DNA of 41,950 bases from an uncultured Verrucomicrobiota bacterium (lineage in GTDB: Bacteria; Verrucomicrobiota; Verrucomicrobiia; Limisphaerales; UBA1100), in assembly GCA_964448875.1 (NCBI GenBank), contig CAYUXV010000216.1:1-41950 (forward strand), given 5' to 3'. Shown in pieces: positions 1-8,717 of the stretch. Position 1 is the first letter of the stretch. The number at the start of each line of letters is the position of its first letter. The notes under the pieces were generated by a model. It was not told the origin of the DNA, made no database searches, and saw only the letters and a list, made by a program, of their open reading frames with translations. The translations under genes were made by a program, and so were the position numbers.

Positions 1-1
1 T

Positions 2-1042
2 CTAGCTGGTGCGTTAATCGCCCCGGAGTTGATGGCCCAACAAAACCCCAATCGCCAACGGCCTCCTCGACAAGGCCAAACACGCGATCGCATCAGCCGA
101 TTGGCTGAAGAATTGAAGCTGACTGAAAAGCAGCGTGAACAGTGGGCAAAAGTCACAGCCGAGCAGTCAGAGAAACAACGCGCGTTGTTTGCGAACCGCG
201 AGGTGCCGATTGAGAAACGTCGCGAGCAATTTGCTGCGCTCCGCAAAGAGACACAGGAGAAGCAAGAAAAGATTCTGACCAAGGAGCAACTGGCGAAATA
301 TAAAGAGATGACTCAAGGGCGTCCTTCGCGACCGGGTCAAGGGCCGGGTGCTCGCCCGGGGCCAGGACAAGGACCAGGTGAAGGCCGTCCAGGCGGTCGT
401 CCAGGCGGTGGCCGTCAGGGCGGTGGCCGTCAGGGCGGTGGTTTTGGATTTGGACGTAATCAGTTTTCACAGCTGGATCTCACAGAGAAGCAGCAGGAAA
501 AGATTACAGCCATTCAAGAAACCCAAGGTGCAGAGCTGCAAAAAATGTTGCAGGAGCTTCGTAATGGTGGCGGTGATTTCCAAGCTATGCGCGAGAAAAT
601 GACTGAGATGCGCGAAAAGTTTGAAAAGCAAACGCAGGCCATTCTAACGGACGAGCAAAAGAAGAAACTTGCCGAGATGAGCGCGCAGCGCGGCCAAGGT
701 GGTCGTGGTGGACGTGGTCAAGGCGGCTTTGGTGGCACTCGCGATCCGTTTGCAGGGATTGATGGCATTAAAGAGGAACAGAAGAAAACTCTGAATGCAG
801 CTCGTGAAGCTATGAGCACACAATTACGTGGACTCTTCACTGACCGTGATACGCCTCGTGAAGAGCGTTCTGCCAAGATGCAGAAAATCCGCGAGACTTA
901 CGAAGCGACTATTAAGAAGACCCTCACCGAGGAGCAGTTCAAGAAGTATCAGGAATCACGCTCACGGGGTCGTGGCCAAGGAGGTTTTGGTGGTCGCAGG
1001 CCAGGCGGTGAGCGTACGCGCCCGCAACGTGAAGACTTCTAG
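2..1042 (+). CDS. Spy/CpxP-like (LTxxQ motif) exported protein with three helical modules and Gly/Arg-rich linkers; 5' end lies outside the window
   Basis: Repeated LTEKQ/LTKEQ/LTDEQ/LTEEQ motifs. The frame is open from base 2 (LAGALIAPELMAQ), which looks like the end of a signal peptide. Confidence 0.7.
   Translation, partial: LAGALIAPELMAQQNPNRQRPPRQGQTRDRISRLAEELKLTEKQREQWAKVTAEQSEKQRALFANREVPIEKRREQFAALRKETQEKQEKILTKEQLAKYKEMTQGRPSRPGQGPGARPGPGQGPGEGRPGGRPGGGRQGGGRQGGGFGFGRNQFSQLDLTEKQQEKITAIQETQGAELQKMLQELRNGGGDFQAMREKMTEMREKFEKQTQAILTDEQKKKLAEMSAQRGQGGRGGRGQGGFGGTRDPFAGIDGIKEEQKKTLNAAREAMSTQLRGLFTDRDTPREERSAKMQKIRETYEATIKKTLTEEQFKKYQESRSRGRGQGGFGGRRPGGERTRPQREDF
404..441 (+). repeat. 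15-bp tandem repeat (ggcggtggccgtcag x2.5) encoding GGGRQ
   Basis: Directly visible in the sequence. Confidence 0.85.
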
Positions 1043-1066
1043 GATTAATTAACTAATAACTCAGAC

Positions 1067-1093
1067 AAAGGGCGACTTCGGTCGCCCTTTTTT
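1067..1093 (+). terminator. Rho-independent terminator
   Basis: aaagggcgac-TTCG-gtcgcccttt followed by a T tract; C(UUCG)G tetraloop. Confidence 0.9.
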
Positions 1094-1154
1094 GTTACCT
1101 GTATGTCGGCAATTCCCGCTGGTATGCGCCGAATTTTTCTAGAAGTGTGGTTTC

Positions 1155-1874
1155 GTGAAACGTCTTCGGTTAGTCCTTGTCCTGATTTTGGGAACAGTTC
1201 TTCTCATTGCAGCACCAAAAGCTGATGATGTTTTTAGGCAACTGTGGCATGCGACTCCCAAATTGCTTAAACCAGTTCCTGATGATGCCTTTCTTGGTGA
1301 CCTGAACACATGGCTCCCAAATCGTGGCGTACGCGGCTTGTATGGGCACTTGCGCAAAGAGATCAGTTACAAATCGCTGGAGACGTTGTCCGGTATGAAG
1401 ATTTTTGTTAAAGGGCCGCACATGGAGGGCAAGCTGGATTTGAAGTCGGCGGGTTTTGGATATTATAACCCGAATTTTCCCAAATGGTTACGGCAGCACG
1501 CCATCCCAGGCAGCAAAGGCAAAGCCATGGCGATTCTCCTACAGCCGGTTTATGACCATTCCTTCCGTCAACTCGCGCGCACATATTTTTTAGCCCATCA
1601 ACATTTGCACGCGAATCAAAAACAATTTAACGCCACGAAAACATCGTATCAGAGGCGAATCAAAAATCGTAATTCTCCTGGCGAGTTTTTACAGGACTCT
1701 TTCCGTCCATTTGCCAATAAGATGGAAAATAGTGGCTACGATTGGTATGAGGCAAACGTGGCACCGGGCTTCTGGGTTCGCAGATCCATCGATGGCACTG
1801 ATGAGGAATTCCACAAAACCTTGAAAATTTTGCTCAAGACTCACGACTCTGATTTTTTGATTCAACATCAGTAG
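1155..1874 (+). CDS. Hypothetical exported protein
   Basis: 239-aa ORF with a signal-peptide-like N-terminus (MKRLRLVLVLILGTVLLIAAPKA). Confidence 0.7.
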   Translation: MKRLRLVLVLILGTVLLIAAPKADDVFRQLWHATPKLLKPVPDDAFLGDLNTWLPNRGVRGLYGHLRKEISYKSLETLSGMKIFVKGPHMEGKLDLKSAGFGYYNPNFPKWLRQHAIPGSKGKAMAILLQPVYDHSFRQLARTYFLAHQHLHANQKQFNATKTSYQRRIKNRNSPGEFLQDSFRPFANKMENSGYDWYEANVAPGFWVRRSIDGTDEEFHKTLKILLKTHDSDFLIQHQ

Positions 1875-1993
1875 AAAGCAGGAAAACCTAGTATTTCCTT
1901 GTAAAAAACCCGTTTTTTCAGTTAGGGTTCGCCCATATCTGCCCCCCTGTGTTTGACGACTAATTTGTTAACAGCTAAAGGAGCAGTTATTCC

Positions 1994-2365
1994 ATGAGTG
2001 TGGTGATTGAAATCAAGTGCCCGTGCAAAAACTGCGGTGAGCGCATCGGCTACCCGCCTGACATGTGCGGCAAGCAGATTAACTGTCCACACTGCAACAG
2101 GGTGACCATGCTGATGGTTCCGGAAATCGACCCTGGAGTAATGGGCAATGCGGCACAGATCAATGCCCAAGCCGCACCTGTAGGGGGTGCGGTGCCACCT
2201 CCCGCAGATGACTCCGTTCGACAAACAGTACGAATTGACAAAAGTGCACTTGCTACGCCAGGTGAGGCTTCAAAGGCTGCACCGCCTCCTGGCCCAGGAC
2301 AAAGTGGACCACCCCCAGGCGGAGCACCTCCTCCTCCAGGCGGAGCACCCCCACCTCCAGGCTGA
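1994..2365 (+). CDS. Zinc-ribbon protein with Pro/Gly-rich tail
   Basis: CPCKNC...CPHC zinc knuckles; ggag SD upstream; 21-bp repeat at 2315-2362 encoding PGGAPPP. Confidence 0.7.
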   Translation: MSVVIEIKCPCKNCGERIGYPPDMCGKQINCPHCNRVTMLMVPEIDPGVMGNAAQINAQAAPVGGAVPPPADDSVRQTVRIDKSALATPGEASKAAPPPGPGQSGPPPGGAPPPPGGAPPPPG

Positions 2366-2447
2366 TTCTCGAGCTTTAAATTGTTCACTGGTAAAGCTTG
2401 CTTTTTTCGTTCTGTGGTATTCTGCTTACCCCCAAGGAGGGCTAGCC

Positions 2448-3227
2448 GTGTCTGATGACTCTATTGAGTACTTCGTATACCATGATAATGAGGTCCAAGG
2501 ACCTTTAACTAAGACTCAAATCAAGCGTTTATTGCGCAAAGGGGGGATCACTGGAGAAACTCTTTGTGCGGTTGATGGCGGCTCGCAGTGGGCACCCGTG
2601 TCGGCTTTATTTGCCGCAACCACGCCCACGGATGAGGAGGATTCACTGATTGATGAAGGTGTTGCCTGGGGCTCAGCCAGTTCTGTTTTTTTCGGTTTTA
2701 TAGGTATCTTGTGCCTTGGTGGCGTGGTGCTTCAGCAAGAAGAGGGGTTTTGGTTTGTTGCAATGGCAGCGTTGGTTGCCTTGATCAGCGGTATATACGC
2801 GATATTGCGTGGACGCAGTCGCGAGACGGGGCCAATGGATTCCAAGCTGGCCCTGGGTGGTATTGCTGCCGGTTGTATTGCGTTGATGGCGGGCACCTGG
2901 TTGCCATTGGCCTTGAATGCAAGCGAACCATTAGCGGAGAAGGACCCCAAAGATCCTGCTGAAATTACTTCCGAAACACCGGAGAAACCAATCCTTACGG
3001 ATCAAGAACCGTCTATACCCGACACACTGGTACCACCAAATACAGGTGTAATCGATACGGGCCCACCCACGCCTGTAACACCTCCTCCTGTTGAAGGCAC
3101 CGGTGTTATTGACGCGCGCCAATTTGCCCCCGTAAACCCAGTTGCGCCGCCGAAGCCACTGGTTCCCGGAGGCAACGGTGGCGTTCAGCCCTTCCCTGCT
3201 CCACCGGCGCCGCCAGCTACGCCTTGA
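2448..3227 (+). CDS. GYF_2 (DUF4339)-like domain membrane protein with 3 TM segments and a Pro-rich C-terminus
   Basis: YFVYHDNEVQGPLT...I..LL..G.I..ETL......QW.PV pattern. AAGGAGG at 2434-2440 precedes GTG 2448, so the track start at 2187 is likely too long. Confidence 0.75.
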   Translation: MSDDSIEYFVYHDNEVQGPLTKTQIKRLLRKGGITGETLCAVDGGSQWAPVSALFAATTPTDEEDSLIDEGVAWGSASSVFFGFIGILCLGGVVLQQEEGFWFVAMAALVALISGIYAILRGRSRETGPMDSKLALGGIAAGCIALMAGTWLPLALNASEPLAEKDPKDPAEITSETPEKPILTDQEPSIPDTLVPPNTGVIDTGPPTPVTPPPVEGTGVIDARQFAPVNPVAPPKPLVPGGNGGVQPFPAPPAPPATP

Positions 3228-3305
3228 CCAAGGGAGCCAAAAAATGCTGGAGAAATTCAGTGGTTCAGTTTTAATTCGGGCAGAACTGTTTTATAGGAGA
3301 CACAA

Positions 3306-4040
3306 ATGAGATCTGGAAATCCCGCATTAAATGCAAAAACTTTCGCAGGCCTTTCTGCGACCGACGATGATCGTATGACCCTGATGGGCACGGTCCACAA
3401 GACCTTTGCCCTGCTGGTAATGCTGGTTGTGTCCGCTGCACTTACATGGGGCAAGGTGATGGCCGGAAACCCAAACCTTTTGCCTTGGATAATAGGTGGA
3501 GTGATAGGGGGGCTGGTTTTTGCCATTGCCACCATTTTCAAACCCATCTGGGCACCTGTTACCGCGCCATTATATGCTGCTGCTGAAGGATTGTTTATAG
3601 GTGCAATTTCAGCTCTAGCAGAGAAAGCATTTCCTGGCATCGTACTGCAGGCCGTAGGACTCACCTTCGGGGTTTTGTTCTCACTTCTGGCTGCCTATCG
3701 CAGCGGATTAATTAAGGCCACTGAGAATTTTAAATTAGGTGTGTGTGCTGCAACCGGTGGCATATTTCTAGTTTACATTGTCACGATGGTACTAGGGATG
3801 TTCGGGGTCGGTGTACCGTTTATCCATGACGGAGGTCCCATTGGCATTGGCTTCAGCGTTTTCGTGGTCATCATTGCCGCGCTAAACCTTGTGCTGGATT
3901 TTGATTTCATTGAGAACGGTGCCGATGCCGGCGCTCCCAAATACATGGAATGGGTCGGAGCTTTCGGCCTGATGGTCACACTGGTTTGGTTGTATCTGGA
4001 GATACTTCATCTGCTAATGAAACTTAGAAGCAGCAACTAA
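3306..4040 (+). CDS. Bax inhibitor-1/YccA family membrane protein
   Basis: MRSGNPAL start, ~7 TM segments, NLVLDFDFIE..., GAPKYMEW..AFGLMVTLVWLYLEIL; aggaga SD. Confidence 0.9.
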   Translation: MRSGNPALNAKTFAGLSATDDDRMTLMGTVHKTFALLVMLVVSAALTWGKVMAGNPNLLPWIIGGVIGGLVFAIATIFKPIWAPVTAPLYAAAEGLFIGAISALAEKAFPGIVLQAVGLTFGVLFSLLAAYRSGLIKATENFKLGVCAATGGIFLVYIVTMVLGMFGVGVPFIHDGGPIGIGFSVFVVIIAALNLVLDFDFIENGADAGAPKYMEWVGAFGLMVTLVWLYLEILHLLMKLRSSN

Positions 4041-4067
4041 TGCTTATTCAATTTTTTAATAATCCTC

Positions 4068-4095
4068 ACCCCGCCTTTATCGGCGGGGTTTTTTA
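4068..4095 (+). terminator. Rho-independent terminator
   Basis: accccgcc-tttatc-ggcggggt followed by a T tract. Confidence 0.85.
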
Positions 4096-4119
4096 TAACA
4101 AAAAAATTAGACGGCTGAT

Positions 4120-4148
4120 TTGACAGAAGATATTTTCCAGACTACCTT
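4120..4148 (+). promoter_or_regulatory. sigma70-type promoter for the downstream ncRNA
   Basis: TTGACA (4120-4125), 17-bp spacer, TACCTT (4143-4148). Confidence 0.7.
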
Positions 4149-4153
4149 ATGAT

Positions 4154-4310
4154 AGTTGATTCGGCTCTAGTTCGAGTGAAAACCAAGTGGAACAACCGTC
4201 GGCGGTATGCCGGGTATACCACGCAGGTGAAGCAGCCCGATTCCTGTGTGGGCCCGGCAATCTGCCGACGGTAAAGCGCCGAAAAACTTGAAGCCAAGCG
4301 CTTCACAATT
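4154..4310 (+). ncRNA. ssrS: Probable 6S RNA (ssrS-like); ends approximate
   Basis: Closing stem 4171-4177/4286-4292, purine-rich central bubble 4178-4194/4273-4285, and a long interrupted stem (4195-4205/4262-4272, 4208-4214/4253-4259, 4219-4227/4243-4251). Mismatches within the stems are G-U on the + strand. It has its own promoter. Confidence 0.6.
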
Positions 4311-4326
4311 TGCCCTGCGAAACCGC

Positions 4327-4375
4327 AGGAGGACGGGCCTCATGGGGCCTTTTTTGGGGCGCGGCCCGTCCTCCT
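4327..4375. terminator. Hairpin/terminator region between the ncRNA and the convergent trpG
   Basis: 13-bp inverted repeat aggaggacgggcc/ggcccgtcctcct enclosing a smaller hairpin plus TTTTT (4335-4355). Confidence 0.6.
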
Positions 4376-4453
4376 TCAGTTCTTTGGGTTTCCAACAAAA
4401 TCTTCCGATAACTGAATACCGTTTGTCTTATTGTTATGGTATTACAAAAAAAA

Positions 4454-5023
4454 TCAGTTTGTCAGACTGAGGAAATTCCGAAGAATTTTAGGGCCATTTT
4501 CGGTCAGGATACTTTCCGGGTGAAATTGTACTCCCCAGATCGGGTGTTCCTTGTGGCGCAGGCCCATGATCTCGCCTTCCTCTGTTTCAGCCGTCACTTC
4601 CAAACAATCTGGTAGCGAGTCGCGTTGAACAACGAGCGAGTGGTAGCGCGTGGCGATGAAGGGGTTAGGCAAATCTTCGAAGAGAAAATTTCCATCATGT
4701 TTAATCGGCGAAGTCTTACCGTGCATCATGCGATCATTTACGACCACTTTTGCGCCAAAGGTGTGTCCAATGCATTGGTGTCCAAGGCAGACTCCCAGTA
4801 ACGGCAGTCGCGATCCAAATTCTTGAATGATATCATTGGATAAACCTGCCTCACGTGGCGTGCATGGTCCGGGTGATATCAGAATACGCTCTGGCTTGAG
4901 CTCCTCTATTTTCTCCAACGTAATCTCATCGTTGCGATGTACCTCCATGGCAACGTCCATCTCACCGAGATATTGCACAAGGTTGAACGTAAAAGAGTCG
5001 TAGTTGTCGATAACCAGAAGCAT
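4454..5023 (-). CDS. trpG: Anthranilate/aminodeoxychorismate synthase component II (class I glutamine amidotransferase)
   Basis: [43 protein letters not shown]. Start set at ATG 5023. trpG and pabA cannot be distinguished. Confidence 0.92.
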   Translation of the reverse strand: MLLVIDNYDSFTFNLVQYLGEMDVAMEVHRNDEITLEKIEELKPERILISPGPCTPREAGLSNDIIQEFGSRLPLLGVCLGHQCIGHTFGAKVVVNDRMMHGKTSPIKHDGNFLFEDLPNPFIATRYHSLVVQRDSLPDCLEVTAETEEGEIMGLRHKEHPIWGVQFHPESILTENGPKILRNFLSLTN

Positions 5024-5027
5024 ATAT

Positions 5028-5627
5028 TCAAGCCTTTGTACGCCGATTTTGCTTTGGCAAGTCAAAGAGCTCCAATTGCGGAGGTGCAAAGAGATCGTAG
5101 TTTTTTAGAATTCGAATGACCTGAAGGAGGTCACTCTTTTGATAATTTCGATTGGTCTCAATGTGGTTGATAAGTTCAGAGAGCATCGTACGAAACTCAA
5201 TGATGCCATCAATACCTTTTGCCCGGAGTAGATCGATGCTTTGTTGACGTGCCTCGCCTGAGGCAGGAAGCGCGGGTATGACTAAAATTTTAACCAGAGG
5301 ACCAGGGCTGCCGAATGCGTCCGTGGCGCGCTTAAACGTCGCGGGACTGGCAAAACGAAAAATCTCCGGCGCGTTTGCAAGCACCGCCTGACTAAAGACT
5401 TCCGTATGCCAAGCTTTGACGACAACGACTGCACGAGTGAGGTTGATCAGATCACTTGCTTCCAGAACAAACGGTAATTCAGAGCCTTCAGGTGGTCCAT
5501 TTGGATTATGAACATAAAAATCAATCTCGTCATCTTCGCGGCGCGGAGCAATGTGCTTACGCTGCTGACGCACAAATAGGCTGTGCAGTTCAAAATACTC
5601 ACGGACAATGGTTTCGCTAACGGCCAC
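5028..5627 (-). CDS. Conserved hypothetical protein, possible PD-(D/E)xK nuclease-like fold
   Basis: E.IVREYFE..., EIDF, VVVVK.WH pattern; in an operon between aroB and trpG. Confidence 0.6.
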   Translation of the reverse strand: MAVSETIVREYFELHSLFVRQQRKHIAPRREDDEIDFYVHNPNGPPEGSELPFVLEASDLINLTRAVVVVKAWHTEVFSQAVLANAPEIFRFASPATFKRATDAFGSPGPLVKILVIPALPASGEARQQSIDLLRAKGIDGIIEFRTMLSELINHIETNRNYQKSDLLQVIRILKNYDLFAPPQLELFDLPKQNRRTKA

Positions 5628-6726
5628 TTGGTTTGAGAGTCGGGGGTGGGATTAATGATTTCTTGATGAGTGCGGATGAAACCGATTGCCCAGCTTTTAC
5701 ATTGCCTATCCGCTGTGCCAGAACAAATTGAATTTTGCCATCATTGACTTTTTTGTCGAGCTTCATGGCGTCAAGTAGCCGTTGTGTTTGTGTTGTGCTC
5801 AGTTTCACGCTGGTTGGTAATCCGGCTCGCTCAAAAAGAGTCACAATACGCGCGGTTTCTTTTTCAGATAGATTGCCTTTTATTTGTGAAATATTTGCAG
5901 CAGCAACTTGGCCAATACTGATGGATTCGCCGTGGAGGTACTTCCCGTAACGGGAGATGGCTTCCAGCGCATGGCCAATTGTATGTCCAAAATTCAAGAT
6001 GGCACGGAGACCGCTTTCTTTTTCATCCTGACCGACGATCTCCGCCTTGATTGCGCAACAACGGGCAATCACGGATGCAAGTGTGACGCTATCCTTTTTT
6101 AGCAGCTTGGACAGGTTGCCTTCAAGCCGGGTGAATAGTCTGGCATCGCGAATAATCCCATACTTGATGACCTCTGCGAGTCCCGCACGATATTCTCGCT
6201 TCGGCACTGTACGAAGTGTGTCAAGATCACAGAGTACAAGGCGCGGCTGGTGAAACGCCCCAACGAGATTTTTCCCGGCAGATAGGTTCACTCCAACTTT
6301 ACCTCCAACCGAGCTATCTACCTGAGCAAGTAGAGTGGTCGGCACTTGCACAAAATTAATACCGCGCAGATATGTGGCTGCCGCAAAGCCAGCCAGATCC
6401 CCCACGACTCCACCTCCAAGGGCAATGATTAAGGAATTGCGCTCAATACGATGAGCGGCAAGCTGGTTGTAACACGCCTGAACATTTTTTAATGACTTAG
6501 ATTTTTCCCCGGCCTTGAGTGTGATCACAATCGGCTGAAAGCCGGCTCCATGAAGTGATTCAATTGCAGGGCGCCGGTATTTCTTCGCGACGATTTCGTC
6601 AGTGACGACCGCACATCGTTGACCGACCTTTAGGAGAGCACACTGAGAGCCGAGTTGATTTAAAAGACCGGTGCCAATATGAATCGAATGGCTGCGCTCA
6701 CCCAGCGATACTTTAACTGTCCGCAC
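5617..6726 (-). CDS. aroB: 3-dehydroquinate synthase
   Basis: ALGGGVVGDLAGFAAATYLRG, PTTLLAQVDSSVGGK, KNLVGAFHQP, LNFGHTIGHALE, HGE. Confidence 0.96.
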   Translation of the reverse strand: MRTVKVSLGERSHSIHIGTGLLNQLGSQCALLKVGQRCAVVTDEIVAKKYRRPAIESLHGAGFQPIVITLKAGEKSKSLKNVQACYNQLAAHRIERNSLIIALGGGVVGDLAGFAAATYLRGINFVQVPTTLLAQVDSSVGGKVGVNLSAGKNLVGAFHQPRLVLCDLDTLRTVPKREYRAGLAEVIKYGIIRDARLFTRLEGNLSKLLKKDSVTLASVIARCCAIKAEIVGQDEKESGLRAILNFGHTIGHALEAISRYGKYLHGESISIGQVAAANISQIKGNLSEKETARIVTLFERAGLPTSVKLSTTQTQRLLDAMKLDKKVNDGKIQFVLAQRIGNVKAGQSVSSALIKKSLIPPPTLKPSGR

Positions 6727-6732
6727 GGCGGA

Positions 6733-8652
6733 TCAAGCACCAGTGGAGGCACCAGGCGCAGAGGTTTCAGGTGTGGCAACCGGCTCAGATGTTGACTCAG
6801 AAACTGACTCGTCGGCTATTTTGTCGGAGGAGGTCTCTGCAGCTGCAGTATTCCAAGCAGAAATGCTCTCGATTCGATATCGATGTAGATCGCCACCCAT
6901 GTCGAAATCAACTTGGTCACCTACCGAATGATTTAGAAAAGCCTGCCCCATGGGTGCCTTGTAGCTCACCATATTGTTGTCTGGATCACTATCCCAAGCA
7001 CCAAGGATTGCGTAATCCTCGTTTGATCCACTATCAAGGTTTGTTACGCTGACGCGGGTGCCAATGCTGACACTATCAGTATTCACACCCTCAAAGTCAG
7101 TGCCACGTGCATTTTCAAGGTCTACCTCTAGCTCATTGCGGCGGCTCATTAACAATTTCTGCATTTCCTTTGCAGCCTTAAATTCGTGGTTCTCGCGTAA
7201 ATCTCCGTAGCTTCGCGCAACCTCAATTTCTTTTGAATTGGCGGGGATTTTGCGTTGAACCAATTCCTCATATTCCTTCTGACGTTGTTCAAGACTTTTC
7301 CAGGAGACGACAAGCGAATGGTCTTCTTTCTGTTGATCTCCCGTGATGAATGACTGGATAGCAGGATTACTCTTAACGAGTTTGCCTAGGACAGAGCGCT
7401 TGTCCATACCTTCAAAGCTCGGTGAAAGTTGGATGGCTCGTGTGATGTCTTTAATCACTTCAAGGTCAGCAGAAGCAGTAAGTTGGCCAATGAGATCAGG
7501 GTCGTCAATAATGTGGTCACGAAGTTTGTTCGCCTTCTTCTCAGAATCGCGCTCAATTGCACTTATCATCGCGCGGAACAATTCTGGCCCAAGCATATCA
7601 TTGAGTCCATCGGGCTGATTCTTGGCCATCCAAAGCAAAAGGTCACTACTCGCTTGATGTTGGTTTATTAGACGGGCGACAGTTTGGCGCAACTCCTCGG
7701 TTCGATTATCTTCGGTAAGTACCTGCACGCATTCGTTGCACAGACGGACAGACACAAGGTTGATGATTCCCAGCAATACCTTCGGCCAATTTGAGTCGTG
7801 ATCCTTATAAGCCTGTAATGCACGCCGTTGCTTTGCAACTGCCAAGCCCGCAAGTAACGCATCAAGGTACGGCTTCGTCTCCCAGATTGTCGCCGCACTG
7901 GGTTCCCCTTCAATAGGGTCGGCATTCGTGGCTTCACGTAAGTCATCGCGCGCAAAAACGGCTTCAAGCGCGAGGCTTTGTTGCGATCGTATATGACCCT
8001 GAATCTCAGTGTTTAAAATTTTGATGGCCTCCACACCCACCGAGGTGGCGTCATCCATGTCGTCAGCTCCTTTGACGATTTCCAAGGCTACGGCAACGCG
8101 AAGCTTCAAGCCTTTCGCCCCAACAAAGTCTGCCAATAGCCGTTCCTGCAAAGGCACTTCTTGTGTTTCGTACTCAATTGGAGCAGTTTTTTTGGTGGGT
8201 AACTTGAAGTGCCCGTCCTTTTTCATTTCGCGGCGAGCCTGTTCCCACCACTTCTTATAATCTTCCTCAATCACATCAGGCACGAGTGCGGCTTGAATCT
8301 GTTCCTGTGTTGCCCGTCCATCATAACTATCGAGCACCAGCTTGATCGTCTCAAGATGTTTCAGTGCAGCCATCTTGCGCATGCCGTCAAGATCACTGAT
8401 TTTTTTCGCCTCGATGTGTTCTTTTGTAATCGGCTCCAGGATTTTTGCGGCAAAAGCCAAATCAATCGCATGCCCCTGCTTATCGGAAAAATCGACCGTC
8501 AACTTTCCCAAAACCGTGTCGACTGTTTTAACTTGGCCGACGCCCCAACTACGATGTCTACAAAACCCTTCTGTAGCCATCGCCACCAGTGTGTCAATGT
8601 CACCGTGTTTGATTTTTCCGGAGGCAGCTAGTTTTTCAAATTCCTCTTTCAT
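6733..8652 (-). CDS. greA: Long-form GreA/GreB transcription elongation factor with a large N-terminal extension
   Basis: The C-terminal Gre domain has ARSYGDLRENHEFKAAKE and VSYKAPMGQA, preceded by ~440 aa of extra N-terminal sequence. Confidence 0.88.
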   Translation of the reverse strand: MKEEFEKLAASGKIKHGDIDTLVAMATEGFCRHRSWGVGQVKTVDTVLGKLTVDFSDKQGHAIDLAFAAKILEPITKEHIEAKKISDLDGMRKMAALKHLETIKLVLDSYDGRATQEQIQAALVPDVIEEDYKKWWEQARREMKKDGHFKLPTKKTAPIEYETQEVPLQERLLADFVGAKGLKLRVAVALEIVKGADDMDDATSVGVEAIKILNTEIQGHIRSQQSLALEAVFARDDLREATNADPIEGEPSAATIWETKPYLDALLAGLAVAKQRRALQAYKDHDSNWPKVLLGIINLVSVRLCNECVQVLTEDNRTEELRQTVARLINQHQASSDLLLWMAKNQPDGLNDMLGPELFRAMISAIERDSEKKANKLRDHIIDDPDLIGQLTASADLEVIKDITRAIQLSPSFEGMDKRSVLGKLVKSNPAIQSFITGDQQKEDHSLVVSWKSLEQRQKEYEELVQRKIPANSKEIEVARSYGDLRENHEFKAAKEMQKLLMSRRNELEVDLENARGTDFEGVNTDSVSIGTRVSVTNLDSGSNEDYAILGAWDSDPDNNMVSYKAPMGQAFLNHSVGDQVDFDMGGDLHRYRIESISAWNTAAAETSSDKIADESVSESTSEPVATPETSAPGASTGA

Positions 8653-8717
8653 ATTACAAGATCGGGCTCCGCCCCAAATTGCTCGCTCGCATTGGTGCGT
8701 TAGGGGATAGTAACTCG

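Noticed and set aside
2187-2447. Long N-terminal extension of the GYF_2 ORF overlapping the zinc-ribbon gene
   Set aside because: A strong SD and GTG at 2448 give a clean start, and the extension is an alternate frame of the Pro-rich tail.
4222-4238. cagg...aagcagc resembles the SRP RNA domain IV motif
   Set aside because: The intervening GNRA-capped hairpin is missing, and the overall fold fits 6S better.
4246-4470. 74-aa ORF across the structured region
   Set aside because: It starts mid-hairpin, has no protein features, and runs through terminator structures.
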